From: Mytilus californianus | Taxonomy: Eukaryota | Reading direction: 5' to 3' | Assembly (NCBI RefSeq): GCF_021869535.1 | Contig: NW_026262712.1 | Location: 64,356,001-64,420,000 of the forward strand | Length of the DNA: 64,000 nt | Shown here: one piece after another, positions 33,843 through 48,100 of the stretch | Position numbering within the stretch: position 1 is the stretch's first letter | Layout of the letters: each line of letters starts with the position of its first letter | Made by a program: the position numbers and the translations under genes | Notes under the pieces: generated by a model | The model's database searches: none | Seen by the model: the letters and a program-made list of their open reading frames with translations, nothing else | Told to the model about the DNA's origin: nothing

Positions 33843-34944
33843 TTATTTCTATTGGAGTGTAGTAGATTATTACTGACTTGTTTCTGAAATGATAATTAGT
33901 AGTCTACTCAACGAATTAGAAAAGTGTGACTGATCGATTGTATTTACTTTTTCAAAATGTACATTATTTTTCATATTAAGTAGAGCAAAATTTATTTGTA
34001 AAATAGTTTTTTCATTAAAAATATCATAACAAACCGCTACTTTGAGTCTGTAACCACGATACGAAACCATCAATCATATTTTATCATCCAGTTAGATATA
34101 TGAATGAAATTAGATGTGGGGTATACTTCAGTGAGGTAATCTAACATACATCACAGTCACAACAACTACTTAACTTGTGAAAATCATATACATAATAGAA
34201 AAACAAAGGGCATGGGATATCCATCCATGACACAAAATCAGTACATTCACAGCAAAAAACACACAAAAAGAAAAGGAACAGCGCTTTTATTGCTGTTCTT
34301 CATCTCATGGCTATTTTCCCACATAAGCCGTTTTCTAAATTGAGTTTGGTCTGCTATAGTAGCTATAAACATGTAATTCCATTGCAATATCTGGTTAATA
34401 TAAAAAAAGAAGATGTGGTATGATTGCAAATGAGACAACTCTCCACAAGAGACCAAATGACACAGAAATTAACAACTATAGGTCACCGTACGGCCTTCAA
34501 CAATGAGCAAAGCCCATACCGCATAGTAAAGTCTGCTTTTGATGTAAAACTATCAGGGCCAAGAACTTAGTTAGAAAGACTTTTTTTAGTTTAGAATATA
34601 TCATGATACATGTATTCATATGTATAGAATTTCAGTTAATTAATCCATGGTCAAATTCACCATATGATTGTGCTGATCGTAGAGTATCTATGACTCTTTT
34701 TTAAAAAAATCTTGTTTTCAACGAAATAAAATAATGAAAATTGAAAGAAAAAATTATTTTAAATCGGTTCTATTATTATTGTGTTATTTACACATTACAG
34801 CTTTGTTCTTATAATATAAAAATAAGGAGATGTGGTATGATTGCCAATGAGACAACTATCCATCAAAGTTCAAATGAAGTGGATGTAAGCAATTATAGGC
34901 AACCGTACGGCCTCCAACAATGAGAAAAACCCATACCGTATAGT

Positions 34945-35016
34945 ATGTTGTGTTGTTACACCACTTTCCAAAGAGTTTTCATGTTGTGTTGTTACACCAC
35001 TTCCCAAAGAGTTTTC
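34945..35016 (+). repeat. 36-bp tandem duplication
   Basis: atgttgtgttgttacaccactt(t/c)ccaaagagttttc twice, 1 mismatch. Confidence 0.9.
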
Positions 35017-37665
35017 ACAAACATATTTAACGCCTTGCCGCATTCACAAATAGGTAAAATATTTCTACATAATTTTTGAGGGCTTTCGTAAATCTTTCAA
35101 ATTTTTAAATTGTATGGTCTCCTTGTATGAGTTACTAGAAATCATTATATACAAGGCCTCTTGAACTTATAGGGAAGTTATCGTTGAGTAAGGTTTCCGT
35201 TTTCCAAACTGATTAAAACATGCACTTAAATATACGGATATACAAATCTTTTAAGGAAAATAAGACAAACGATATTCTGAAAAATTAAAACTTTTTTCTT
35301 ATTTCAAATACAAACATACAAACTTATCATACAGAAATGTTCTTATTATCGAAAGGTCACACCAGAGACGTCCGGTGGTGCAACACGATTTATACATAAT
35401 TTATACTTTACATAAGTACAAAAATGGCAACTAACAATTACTCCAGGTAATATATGTTCCATTCGCCGATGACAAATGCACTATATGAGGGTCTGGATGG
35501 GGCTTATCAATTCTGTATTTTTTTTCATTTTTTAAGCCATTTTCTCTATTCTTTATATTTTTTACCCCTTATTCTTCTATATTTTTTTTTCTTATTTTTC
35601 TCTATCCTTTTTTTATTTACCTTATTTTTTCTATTCTGTATTTTTTTTGTTTGCCCTTTATTCTGCACTTTTTGTCCATTTTCTCTATTCTGTAAACCCC
35701 ACCCAAACCCTCCTGTGTGTATATCTGATAAGTCCGTTACTTAAGTAAAGTATAACTTATCTCTCTTGTCCGGTGGTCTCTATTAATATTACGAATTTGT
35801 ATGTTGCAACTATAATAATAAATGTTTTTTTTTCTGTAATGAATAGGATAAATATGCAAAATATGCCTAATGGAACTAAAAATAGGTTATCAAATCAGTG
35901 ACAATATATTTATTGGACAATAGAGGCTATCGGTGGTTAACGAAATTTCTGTTTGGCCAACTTTTGTGACCAACTGTGCTCTTGAACAAACAAATGCATT
36001 CCAGTATTATTATGAATCACTGTTTATGTCAAACTCTGAAACATGACATTATATGTTCACTCTAGATAAATTGTGGTCCGTGCTCCTTGTCCTACGAGTA
36101 CCTGCTAGGAAGTTATTTAAAACATTATTGGTCGTTTTGTGTCATTTATTTTAGATGTGCCGTTGATTAAAATATTATCATCCTTAGATTTTTCAAAATT
36201 GGTTTCGCTGTAATTCTGCTTAAAACAAAACCCGTAAGCGAGTCACGACAGATCTTAATTTAAATCAGATTGTTGTAGTCTTTGTCGTCCGTCTGTCCGT
36301 AGACGCATTTGTATTTTTACATCAACTTCCGCAATTTAATTAACAGGTCTTTGCAAATAGGAAAGTTTAAAAGACTGTTCCTTGTCACAAAAGAATGAAT
36401 GGTAATGAAGTTTTGTGATGGTGGTCTCATTCTAGAAGATCCCCAAAAGTTCCGAAATAGGTGTTGGTACTTTTTTAATTTTTTAATGTTTGACCGGCAT
36501 TTATTTTTTATCATATCTAGGTTTCACCCCTTTGTTTTTTTTCTGTAGAATGCCATTAAACTTACGGTAGCATCAAAGGTCCCTGAGATATGTAGGTCAA
36601 TTAAAATTCATTTAGGGTGCTGGTTTTCTTTGAATTCCATATGAAAGTTCGTTCCTGAAATCAAATCGTGTTTCTCAAGTGTGATTCCGATAAAACTCAC
36701 AATATCCAAATAGTTGTTCAAGTATATTTATGTCTAAATGAACGACGTCTTTTATATAAGTCGTCTTAAGTGTCAAATAGTACTATGGTGGTTTCTTATT
36801 CAGACCTCCTATAAAAAGAACGAAAAGAAGTAGGTTATCCTTTAACTTCACGTTGTGCTATATAAATGAAACCCTGGAATTTATTAATGCTTTGGTGGCT
36901 ATGCTGATTGCATCGACCACACAACCTAAAGTAAAGGATTCTCAGATACAGTTTAGTCTGCTCCAATGTTGACTCGACTTACATCGAGAAATTGACATGA
37001 GGGTATGTTTGGAACTTATATTCAGTGAACATTTTATTAGTTGAAATTGCACGAACCTTGCACTAGCTTTTCAGTAACTACGAGTATTCTTAGATCGGTT
37101 CTTTGTATCTTTTATCGTTTTGTTATTTACACATGATTTTAACAGCATGGTTTTTATGTTGTGTCGTAAAGGAAGGAAGGAACGAGTTTCCACAACACGT
37201 TTACGGTGACCTATAGTTGCTAACTTAGGCGTCATTTGGTATTTGGCGGGTAGTCTCATTAGCAATCATACCACATCTTCTTATATTTATATTAACACAG
37301 CGTCACATTTTGTATTTGCCTGTGCCAAGCCAGGGGACTGTAAATCAATGGTTGTCGTTGGTTGCTGTTATCCTTGGTTGTTTTTCGTGTTTTGTTGAAG
37401 AATAAATCAGGCCATTGGGTTTCTCTTTCGAATTGTCTCATATTTTGTTGTCTCGGGCCTTTTAGAGCTTATTATCAAGTATCGATTTTTCTCATTGTTG
37501 AAGGCCCGATGGTCACCTATAATATTCACACGTTGAACCTTAGTATTTAATAGATATATGTCTCGTTAGCATTCGTACAACATCTTACTTTAATATTTAA
37601 AAAGATGACTCCCATTTCTCCACTGCGAACTTTCCATTTTTATTTAGAAAAGTCCCTGCATATAG

Positions 37666-38040
37666 ATAGATATAAGAAGTTGTGGTATGAGTGCCAATGA
37701 GACAACTCTCCATCCAAGTCAAAATTTATAAAATTAAACCATTATAGGTCAAAGTACGGTCTTCAACACGGAGCCTTGGCTCACACCGAACAGTAAGCTA
37801 TAAAGGGCCCCAAAAATTACTAGTGTAAAACCATTCAAACGGGAAAACCAACGGTCTAATCTATATAAAAAACGAGAAAGGAGAAACACTTATGAACCAC
37901 ATCAACAAACGACAACTACTGAACATCAGATTCCTGACTTAGGACAGATGCAAACAAATGCAGCGGGTTTAAACGTTTTAATGGTACCAAACATTCACCC
38001 TTTTTCTGAAACAAAAGTGTAACATCACAACATAGAAAGA
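37666..38040 (-). mobile_element. Family A element, reverse copy
   Basis: Reverse complement of 2440-2823. Confidence 0.8.
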
Positions 38041-38085
38041 GTATATATCTTCCAATTAATATATATGAGATTCCATGGCTTGCGT

Positions 38086-38460
38086 TTACTATCATGATTT
38101 TCTTTATTAATGTTTGTTGCTTATTCAATGAATCTTTCGAACCAAGAATTCTTAAAAGTGATGTAATCTCTTCGTCTTCGAAAGTTTTACAGACGCCATC
38201 ATGATTAAGTTGGCCGTTATGCATTCTATGTCACATATGACTGCGGATAAGTTCCATGTTAGAACCCAGCTGTTCTCCTATCCTTATTACCAAAACCTTC
38301 GATGTCATCGGCGTTTTACTTGTCATGAGCAACAGGCTGGATGCCTCTAGTAGAGAAGGAACTGCTTCCGTACCTTCGGAAGTACATAAGTTCAGTCCCT
38401 GTTTTTTGTGGAGTTCATGTTACTTAATTTTAATTTTCTTAAGATGCTGACCATCCGATT
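38086..38460 (+). mobile_element. Degenerate RT C-terminal remnant (Penelope-like) with 3' module
   Basis: Translates with stops as NQEFLKVM*SLRLRKFYRRHHD*VGRY, homologous to the 7840-8270 remnant. Confidence 0.5.
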
Positions 38461-40090
38461 TTGCCGACGGAAAAGTGTGATCATCAACGACTGTAAAGTC
38501 CGTGTTATTTTTTTAAAAGTGATCGAAATTAATTTTTGGAAATTAAGAAAAATCTTTCTGTAATCAATTATTCTTTTTAATCACATGGAACATAAATATA
38601 TAATTTTTATTTTTTCAAAGTTTTCCCAAATATAATTTTATTCCATAAGAGTCATGTTTTGTAATAAGTTTCAGTATCTTCATACATTGGCTCAGTTCTA
38701 TTGCGATTTCGTATAGATGAGACAAAATTTTATATTAAATTCTAAGAAAAAACACCTTTTTTCAAAATCACTAATACACCATACAAGGTTTGTTCATGTG
38801 GGCTTGTTAAGAAAGCCTTTAATATATATCATACAAAAAAGCAAGTGAATTAATGGCAAACATTTTCAATGCATTTATCCGTTTGAATAGCGAAGAATAA
38901 CTAAATAATCCGCAGCGAAATATTCCGAATCTTGTCATGCATTTGTGTCCGATGACCAAATTCACAAACGGTGCAATGAACAATTTTGCAGACAAATATT
39001 TTCCACAAACGAACGCATGACATAAATACCTGAAAAGCCATATTCTAGTTTAAAAATTAAATTTGACAAACATGAATGAAACATTAAAATTATAAGAAAT
39101 TGAAATTACGCTAAGTTGGATATCTGTCTATGCTGGCACATATGCATAGCATTCACAGTACATTTAGTTAGCAGAGTGCTAGATAACACCAATAAGATAT
39201 TGAGTTATGTCGCTTTGGACTAACGTACATTGTATCACCAAAATAGCAAATACTCAAAAGCACAAAAACTTGGCTATAAAAATATCAGAGAACAAATTAC
39301 CGTTAACTCGGATGAGCCCAAGACCTGTAAAATTCATACGGAATTTCACCTTCCAGTCGACTTGTAGAATTCAACTTGCAGTTGTTTTCATACGTCGGTG
39401 TCAAATATTTCATAACAATATGACGACATTGGGACTTGGAACCCGAATTCTTTTTATTAGTACGTTTTCGTTTCGAGACTGATTTGATTTTTCGTTTATG
39501 TTGCCAGTAAACGTGCATTGAATATTTGATATACCAGAAGTGTTGTACATTTTTTCTTACTATAAATAAACCATGTTTTCTATATATGATAATCTTGCTT
39601 TATTCTCAATAAACCATACTCTTTTCTTAATGTCTTGATATATGATAACACAATTTGATATGAATATACCATGCACAAGCCCCTGATAATAATACTTGAT
39701 CGAATGATGATATGTAACATGTATTAACATTCATCCTCACGCATAATAAATTCCGTTTATATCTGATGTAATTAATTTTTTTTTTTTTCAACAATGTATA
39801 CCATGAAGTTTAATCTGTAGCAGAAGAAAAATCAATTAGTGAATAGTAAGTCATGCTTCGTAGCAAATAAAACATCGTGAATTCGTGAAATAGAGCGATA
39901 GATTTTCGCATGAGTAAGGTTTCATGTTTTCTAGGTTGTAAACGTGTTTTAAAATACCAAAGAAAAGAAGTGCAATATTCCTCGTTGATACCATAACTTC
40001 GGATTTCCTCACTGACATCATTCGTAAAAAGGATGTGTTTAAAAACATTGTGTCATAGATCAAATTTATTCGTTCAGTGTATGTTCACTT

Positions 40091-40520
40091 GTTTTTGTTA
40101 ATATGTCTTTTGATTAAGTTAAGCCATTTCAATTGATATTTTATAGTGTGTCTTTCTATGTTGTGATGTTACATTATTGTTTCAGGTAGGGTGAAGGTTG
40201 GCGCATATTAAAACGTTTAATCCCGCTGCATTTGTTCGCACCTGTCCTAAGTCAGGAACCTGATGTTCAGTGGTTGTCGTTTGTTGATGTGGTTCATAAG
40301 TGTCTCGTTTCTCGTTTTTAATATAGATTAGACCGTTGGTTTTCCTGTTTGAATGGTTTTACACTAGTCATTTTGGGGCCCTTTATAGCTTGCTGTTCGG
40401 TGTGATCCAAGGCTCCGTGTTCATGGCCTTACTTTGACCTATAATGGTTTACATTTACAAATTGTTACTTGGATGGAGAGTTGTCTCATTGGCACTCATA
40501 CCACAACTTCTTATATCTAA
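40091..40520 (+). mobile_element. Family A element, full copy
   Basis: Colinear with 2392-2823 from ttgttaatatgtcttttgatt to cttcttatatcta. Confidence 0.85.
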
Positions 40521-43125
40521 TAAATGGAAATACATGTTTCGTATATTTATTTAAGGACAGTTTTGAAATGATACATCAAAACTAAAGCACATGTATAACA
40601 ATCGGACCAGTAAACATAGTCAGAGTAAAATGGGAACTTTCCAACAAACCTGGTAGTGTATACACACCTTATTCAATATTGTACTTTGATAGTAGTTTTC
40701 AAAGTTGAAACAAAATACCGGTAGTAGATTCTAAGCAAATACTATATGTGAAGGACAAAATATCTTAAAGTATCAATTATTGATGTCATCAAAAAAGAAA
40801 GCAAAGCTTATTAATCTTTGCAAATTTATTAAAATTACAAATAATCTGTGCGTACTCCAGGCGTAATTTAGTGTGAAGCCATCCAAATTTTTCGTTGATA
40901 AAATGTCTTGTTCTAATTGTGTTTTATTAATTATTGTATATATTGTACACTAATTATGTATTTCTCAATACCTTGTCAAAATGATGGTTTATTGAGAATA
41001 AAGAAAGATAATCATATATAGAAAACATGGTTTATTTATAGTACGAATTGGTATTAAATTAGCTTTCAGTAACTACGAGTACACTAAGATCGCCGGTACT
41101 TTGTTTTTCATCTTTTATTTCATTTTTTGGGGTTGGGTCTGGGTTATCTATTGTCTTCGTCTTCGACTAATGGATATCGCATGCCCTTGGTATTTTCACC
41201 TTTTGAAAAACATAAACCGTTTTTTTACATAGTGGAAACGTGTTATTTAATGATATTTTTGCCTGTTTAGATAGATAAAAGAAGATGTGGAATGATTGTC
41301 AATGGTACAAGCATCCACCATAGACCAAATAACGTGGACATCTATTCACCAGATATCCCAAGACACTATCTCTGCTTTAAAATTAAAAGAGACAATCTAA
41401 ATTATTTCAGCCATAATTTGGTCCAGCAGGTATCTATCACAAATTACTGATTTTTTTAAAGGTTTTTGTCTAAAGAACTAAATCAATGGAAAACATGAAA
41501 TAAAAAAAACACTTTATTAGACATTAAAAGGCTAATACTGTATAAAAACGAAATCATCTCGTTAAAATAGGTAGAGTATATAAAATTTCGTTTGGTCAAG
41601 GTTTTGTCGCGCGTCAATTAATACATAATGTTCCAACTAGAATAAACATCCTCATTTATTATTTTTGGCAGGAAAAGCAATATTATATAATTTATATAAG
41701 ATGCACTTTAAAACGATACTTAAGACACTCTAATAGCAATTGGAATGCTGTGATACCACTGTTCCAGGTTATGGGAGGCTTGCACACTGACAACTGACAT
41801 GTTTAACCTCGCCATATTTTTTTTTTATATTATTGTGTTTTCCATAATAAAGTCAAACATGAGTAGAAACAAAAAGGTTTACGCCGACAACAACTGCATA
41901 TTTGAAATCGGACTACATTCGATACAATTGAGTATATGCACGGACTTCATTTGAACTCTGGTGGATAATTGTCTAATTGGCAATCATGCCACATCTCTTT
42001 ATTCTTATATTCTTTTTATCCGCTTAAGTTATCAGTAAAAAAATTGTTGGAAATATTTCAATTAAAGATGAACTTATTAAAAATAAATGTAGCGGTGACA
42101 TTTCTTTCAGATTATGCACAAAGTACAGAAATTAACGAAATAATTACCGTAATATTAAAGCCTTATTATTTTCTTGCAATAGAATAATAATTGAAAAAGA
42201 GTGAATCACCCTATAGGACGGGAGGGAGCTGAACTTGTTTGTGACATGTTAGAAAATTTCGATATAATTAATTCCAAATCATAAGTTTTAAGATTTGACT
42301 ATTACCGGCTTAATTCCAATTAAACATCGGGTACTTGCTTGGCGTTACTATATAGAGTCCTATAGAATTTGCAACCGTGATCAGTAGTTTGTTTTGAATG
42401 GCGCTGGAGATCAAGATGGACATTTCTGTAGGGTTTTACTCTTCGTTGAATTAAATAAATCCTTTTAAAAAGCAAGTCGATTTGTATTTCATACTTTTAA
42501 ATCATGCTATAATCGGAACTTTATGCTTCATCAAATCAAAACGACTGCCATGCGAACCGGCGTGTCTTATATAGGTCCGCTTCGAGCGAAAAAGTTTAAT
42601 TGTTTTCTATTCAGTATCGAAATAATTATTTCATATCATGCTCTACTGTATGTTCATTTCAACTTGGTAGGTTCTTGGCATTATATTGCAAATATTTTGA
42701 CCTCGCTTACCTCGTACTGTGCAGTTACGGTAAAATTGTCGGTATCGGTGTTATTCACAAGTGGTTATTCAAAGGATATTTACACAATGCCTTCCCATGT
42801 AGAATGCGCATAGAGCATGACAACGCTCGGTCTAGATATATTTACAAATAGTATGCCAACCCCTAGGCTTCATTTTAAGATCAAGAAGAGTATCGGAGAG
42901 TATAACCTGAAAAAAAAATTCTTAAATATATATATGTGTGTTTAGGCCTATTATATATTTTATTTCAGTATCCATCTTTATTTCAGTCTCAGTTCGTTAT
43001 TTTTTTAAGAAACTAATATGATTCTAATAGTGTATATAGTTTATCATAACATTTCATTTGATGAGTTATATTATCATGATTATTAAAAGTATTTTCCCTT
43101 CTGAAACAGAAAACTACCGAGGTTT

Positions 43126-43758
43126 TTTGGCGCAAAATGCAAATTCCTTTAATAGTCATTGTGTCTGATTGGATGTTATTTTGGCCAACTTTCTACACAT
43201 GTTTCTATGACGTCATGGTTGAGAACCTGATGGGAAATTCTTTGACTAATTTCAAAGCCACATTTTCGTATTCAATATCATTTATTCTTTTGTTATCGTC
43301 AATTAATTTAATATATTTTTATGAACGTCATATATCTTAAAATAATAAAAGTTTCAATTTTAGTGATAATTTGTGCATTACAATGTAAACAAAAATCAAA
43401 TTCAAAACTATATAATTTATCGGAATCGAAATGAGAATCCCCGACGTCTCATCAACATGAATTCGACTTGATCCCCCGAAAGCATTACGGAATGAATTAA
43501 CGAAAAATGGCTATATTGAGACATATTTCGGGGAAGAGAACTACATGATTTTACTTTTTAATCTTTTATGACAAGGGGGAAACAAACAGACTGATAATTT
43601 TAGTGAAAAGAGGGTTACTTTCTGCTTCAAACGGAACAAAACAAGCACTGGAATACCAATGTATCGACAACAAAAATCTGATCTTCTTTGTTGATGTCAT
43701 TAAAAGTGGGCACATATACCATCAGGTGCTCAAATAACTGGATTTATATTCAGGAAAG
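43126..43758 (+). promoter_or_regulatory. Candidate HIPK promoter and non-coding first exon
   Basis: CpG-retaining stretch, E2F-like TTTGGCGC at 43126, strong donor GAAAG|gtaagg at 43758/43759; HIPK needs an upstream UTR exon. The assignment is inference only. Confidence 0.3.
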
Positions 43759-44445
43759 GTAAGGTTTGTGTAAAATTAAGATAACATATGAATATAAGGA
43801 TTTAAAGATGAACATATGCGGGATAAACCGTTGCAATGTGCGGTTAATTTCCGCCTTGTTTATCGGGGTCACATTTCAAGTCAAGGTTACATTCGTCATG
43901 TTTACGTTAATGGTAACCAGTGTTATGTCTTGTAAACTGTTTTCTTAATACATCTATTACAAGATTAAAAAATATACTTATGAAAATGTAATCATTTTGA
44001 ATGTGATAATGTGAAGAAAGTTGCTTGATTAAATCTTGATCATATATTTTTTTGGAATGTGTTCATGCTCAGGTATATTGCACATGTACAGTAGGAGTGT
44101 TTACATTGTAGACGTGTGCCACAATATCCCCAATTGGGTTTAATTATAGTAGAACAGAATCCAGGTTATTTTGTTGAAGGATGAAAAATAGTCTAGTATT
44201 GGAAGTCTAGTTCATTATTGTTTCTTGTTCCCTATTTTGTAAATTCCACCTTTATCGAAAAACCACTTCATTCAGATACAGAAGCACTAGAAACAGGTTG
44301 GACACAACCAGCCAAATAGGTAACTATAAAATTAGTAATAATCCATCAATTGAGTAAAAACTAGATATTGTTGAAAATGGATCCTTTGAGGTGAGTTTTT
44401 ACTGAAAATGGAACCAAAAGAACTGTCTTATTATTTTTGGTTTAA

Positions 44446-45125
44446 CCCTTTCGCCGACGAATCCCGGTTTACTGGGATTCACACTTCAGACAGCTGACGA
44501 TGAGTCCAGGTTTACAGGGATCGGAATAACTCCTTTATATTTTCCGCTGACAAACATTGCCAAGACGAGTTATCTTTCTTTATTGAATCCCCGGATGAAA
44601 GTGTAAACATGGTGCTTCTGTTTGGTGAAAACCGTGTCAAAATCAAATGAAATTTACGGATTTTACTGGAATTTGAAATAAGGGAACATTTTTTTTTAAA
44701 GAATTTGGAATTGAAGCCAGACTAGTATACTTTTTGACATAAAATGTCGTTTTATGTACAATAACAATTGGAATGGACATCGTTCAGTGTAAGGAACTTG
44801 TACAACTTCGTTAAAATTTTCAAACTTTTGCCGTTTTAGGTTTGAAATTTACGATTTTGGGTCTAAAAGAGTAAAAGTCGAATTCCGTGAACTTCGTCTA
44901 TTTTAATGCCGAAAATTAGCAAATTTGATTTTTTTCTGACAAAAAATATTATCAAAACATTAACAAACCTGTGTCCATTGTGTAAGTGAATAAAATAAAG
45001 ACCTAAATAACTACAGACAAGTTTTTATTGATATTTAATATGAGGATCTCCCACTTGTGTCACAATAGCCAGGGAAGCCATCATCTCAAGAGTAGCTTCT
45101 GTCAGGGTGGCTATCAGTGAAAGGG
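44446..45125. mobile_element. piggyBac-type non-autonomous element (680 bp)
   Basis: TTAA at 44442-44445 and 45126-45129; TIR CCCTTTCrCyGA at both ends; duplicated subterminal motif gacga..cc.ggttta..gggat; no transposase ORF. Confidence 0.8.
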
Positions 45126-46532
45126 TTAACATGGTTAAAGAAGTAACAAAGTTATTATCTGGAAAATTGTCAATGTTTAGAAATTTTTAATGGCTGGTAA
45201 CATCTTAGCAAATCAGTCAAGAAGTATTCATCTTTTTGAAAAGTTGCTGCATTTTTCATGAAAATTTGCCATTTCCAGACTTCTCAAAATTTCTTAAAAG
45301 ACTGCTGGACATTTGGTCATACAAACAGCGATACTGGGAAAATTGCTGGCTATTAACTGAAACCAGTTCTAACTTACACTCAGTACTTGGCATTTTGCAC
45401 ATGTTTGGTAGAAAAAAAAACAAGCAACACAATTTGATAGATGCTTGTGAACATGTGAATTACAATATAGATACATTGTAGGTCACAATAGGGTAATAAC
45501 ACACATTTATTTACATTTTACTGTGACTTTTTCCCCACAAGATGGTACATTGAACATGTACTCTGAATAAATAGTGGGGGCTCCTGATGAAATGATACAG
45601 GGTTGGAATTATTTTTGCAGCGCATAGTTCGTTTGTAATGGGTTTGTTATGATGTTTTTTATACAATATACTGCTGACGTTGCTCTTTTAATGTTGTCCT
45701 GATGGAAGTTACCCATTTGTTTGTAAATGTTATTGTTTGAAAATAGATGAAGAATCATTTTAATTATCTCCATTGTAAATTCAGATAATAAAACAAAAAT
45801 AAGTAAAGAAATAAATTTTATTCATTATCACGATTTACTTTGTAAATGTAGCATACATTTCATAACAAAACATTTATATATTTAAACAATAAACTAGACA
45901 AAGACGATGAAAGTGATGCCCCTGCACTCCACTCTGAAGTAACTGTATTATAAAGTCAATGTAGGACTTTCTTTGAGATATTATTGTGTCAGCTGGGAAA
46001 CACAAATGAAGCCCCCACAGATGCAGTGTTATTTTAAAATACACTTAGTTGATCATGGGTGCACATAGTTCTATGGTTCACTATCTGGAAACGCTATGCA
46101 TCTCTTAGTCTTATGCAAGTATATACTCTAAGAAATGACAAAGTTCAACTATCTCCCAAAAGAGCAAATATTAATAATAATCAAAAACCCTAACTACATG
46201 AACACCTTTAATATAAGTTCCTACATGTATATGTGGAATAGCTATATACCCATAATGGGAAGGACAGGCAGGGGTAAAACAATATGCTCCCTTGGGACTT
46301 TCAGTTGTGGGGGCATAAATATATCTAATCATCTTTCAATAATTTAAAGCACAAGAGTCTTTTTCCATGAAGGGTCAACACTAGACAGGTGATGCTGTAA
46401 AACATGTAGGACCCACAATCATGTCATTGTCAGTTTCTGTGTTGGGTTTTGTAACACACTGGAGCAGTCTACTATTAACCATCTGATCACTATTTTATTA
46501 CATTTGTAGTATGGCTTCACCCAAGCTGGACA

Positions 46533-47148
46533 CAGGCCATAATCTTGCTGGCGTAATGACGATTTAAGTCGCCAAAGAATTTTGAAAATCGCTATATCTC
46601 GCCGGCCAACTGACTTCATAGCGAAGTCAAATCGCTATCAAAATTGGTAAAAGGGAGACAACTTGTGATTTACAAGTCGCACAGGTGAAAAAAAATGGCG
46701 ACTAACAAGGAAAATCGAGATTTTCGAAACAACCCAGGACTAATACTGTCGACGATCAAATTAAATAAATACAACGGCGACTTTGAACATCCTCGGATAT
46801 AAGATTCAAAACTATTTAAACGGAAAACTGACCGTCTGTTTAAGTTATCATTTTATTTAGACTTAAATTCAAGTTGACAGTACAAATGGTATCAATAAAT
46901 AAATAACAACTATATTGTCTAAACCTTTTTATTAAGAACTTTATATACATTTTGTACAATAACATGAAAAAACTGCAAGTATATTTTTTATTGCATCTAA
47001 AACAATTTCCTTAGTGATAATCACGAAAACACGATGCAACCGAAACGGTAATGGAATCTCACTTCTCCAAGAAACTGACCACTTCTCCCTTCTCTCTCAT
47101 GGAAGGAGAAGTCACTTCTCCCTCTCCAAAATCCTAGATTAGGCCCTG
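46533..47148. mobile_element. hAT-type non-autonomous element (616 bp)
   Basis: Perfect 8-bp TSD gctggaca (46525-46532 and 47149-47156); imperfect TIRs CAGGCCATAATCT / AGATTAGGCCCTG. Confidence 0.85.
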
Positions 47149-47572
47149 GCTGGACATCGAGAAATTTGAAAGTGAATTTCTCAAGTCTAGTATCAGTTTT
47201 CTAATCATATCCTAATTGTTTTCAAATGGTAAAATTCATTACTATAGTATTGCTGAATAAACAATTATTAGTTCAATTAGATGATAATTAATATTTCAAA
47301 GACTTGCACATTGAGGCCAATTTGGTCGCTGTTTAACAAGTTCGTAAAACAAGTTTGTGAGTGTTGTCGGTAAATGCGGTCAATTTATTTCATCTTGTTC
47401 CATTCATATTTGCTTCTTTATATTCTTTTTAATTCCAAAAAAATGGATGATAATGTTAATTTCTTCGTTTATTTTGATGTTTCAAACACACCATTTTGTA
47501 AAATTTATCAAACTGGTCCCGCAATGTTACTTGATCCAATGCAAATAACACATTCAAAAATAGTAAACCTGA

Positions 47573-47760
47573 CGATCACGTGATCGAAGTAAAAGATAAG
47601 CGAAAAATTTAAAAAAAATTTGTTTTTAAAATTATGGCGACGCGATTGAAATGGATAGCGCTGCGGTCAGTTCAATAGAACAGGGAAAATTGCCATAGCG
47701 CTGAATACCACAGCACGTAAACAGCATGGGGAGAGCACTGTCAGTGAAATTCATTGTTTT
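47573..47760 (+). promoter_or_regulatory. Second promoter-like CpG-rich patch in the HIPK 5' region
   Basis: 14-bp perfect palindrome cgatcacgtgatcg (E-box TCACGTGA) at 47573-47586, and YY1-like ATGGCG at about 47634 within a CpG-rich stretch. Confidence 0.3.
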
Positions 47761-47876
47761 AACTAATGATCCGTTTAAAATTTGTCCTTCCCACTTAGTG
47801 CAGATATTAGAGGCTCGTTAATCCATTAGAACTGCATTTTACTTTAGGTCAACCTTTTCTGATTGAGCTTATACCT

Positions 47877-48100
47877 TTTTATGGCCCCACTTGCGTAGTA
47901 GTATATATTAGTAGTAGGGGCATTATGTTTTCTGGTCTGTGCGTCAGTTCGTCCGTCCGTGTCCCGCTTCAGTAGTTTTTAGATATGATCTTTCTAATTT
48001 TAATGCCAAATTAGAGTTTTGACCCCCATTTTCACGGTCCACTGAACATAGAAAATGATAGTGCAAGTGGGGCATCCATGTACTATGGACACATTCTTTT
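47877..48100 (+). mobile_element. pearl/DINE-1-like element, internally deleted
   Basis: ttttatggcccc...ggggcatt, gtccgtcc microsatellite, end ggggcatccatgtactatggacacattc; reverse-complement match to 30318-30780. Confidence 0.7.

Noticed and set aside
37666-40520. Two inverted family A copies as the long TIRs of one 2.85-kb composite element
   Set aside because: They share one variant (ccacaact) but differ at many other sites about as much as from the 2392 copy, and no TSD is visible; independent insertions are more parsimonious.
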